NCBI GenBank assembly: GCA_037917685.1
Contig: JAVCBU010000011.1
Span: 77,489 to 141,488, forward strand
DNA: 64,000 nucleotides
Direction of reading: 5' to 3'
From: Thermoproteota archaeon
Lineage (GTDB): Archaea; Korarchaeota; Korarchaeia; Korarchaeales; JAOZGB01
Positions 63,904-64,000 of the stretch are shown here, piece by piece. Position 1 is the stretch's first letter. Each line of letters begins with the position of its first letter. Made by a program: the position numbers and the translations under genes. The notes beneath the pieces are model-generated. The model was not told the DNA's origin. It worked only from the letters and a program-made list of their open reading frames with translations, and searched no databases.

Positions 63904-64000
63904 ACGATTACGGGAATATGGCCATAGCTTTAAGTGTTGTCTGGGATTATCCGGTTAAGAAAGACGATGAGCTAAAAGTCTATCCCAGCAAGGTTGATTA

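Overview
A 64 kb stretch of an archaeal chromosome, most likely a thermophilic anaerobe of the TACK/Thermoproteota type. That placement is inferred from TIP49, CDC48, deoxyhypusine synthase, AOR, IorAB, TATA-type promoters and GGTGA/GGAGG ribosome-binding sites. Most of it is housekeeping and metabolism: hydrogenase maturation (hypA, hypB), a Mo-hydroxylase L-M-S-XdhC cluster with MocA, a tungsten-type AOR and WtpABC, iorAB, a heat-shock operon (regulator-hsp20-cdc48), cysS, a DtxR-feoAAB locus with a split FeoB, and ECF/ABC transporters. Several genes are decaying: the Na+-pumping decarboxylase alpha and beta subunits, an MNT-HEPN pair, a radical SAM gene and a type III restriction fragment. 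The most striking feature is at 49984-50093: an exact 37-bp repeat, a 36-bp AT-rich insert and the same 37-bp repeat, sitting inside a 5'-nucleotidase gene. The repeat is the gene's own coding sequence but has CRISPR-repeat-like ends. This is the footprint expected from off-target Cas1-Cas2 spacer integration (a nascent neo-CRISPR unit that broke a host gene). I saw no cas genes, tRNAs or rRNAs. All product calls come from motif recognition by eye, not database searches.
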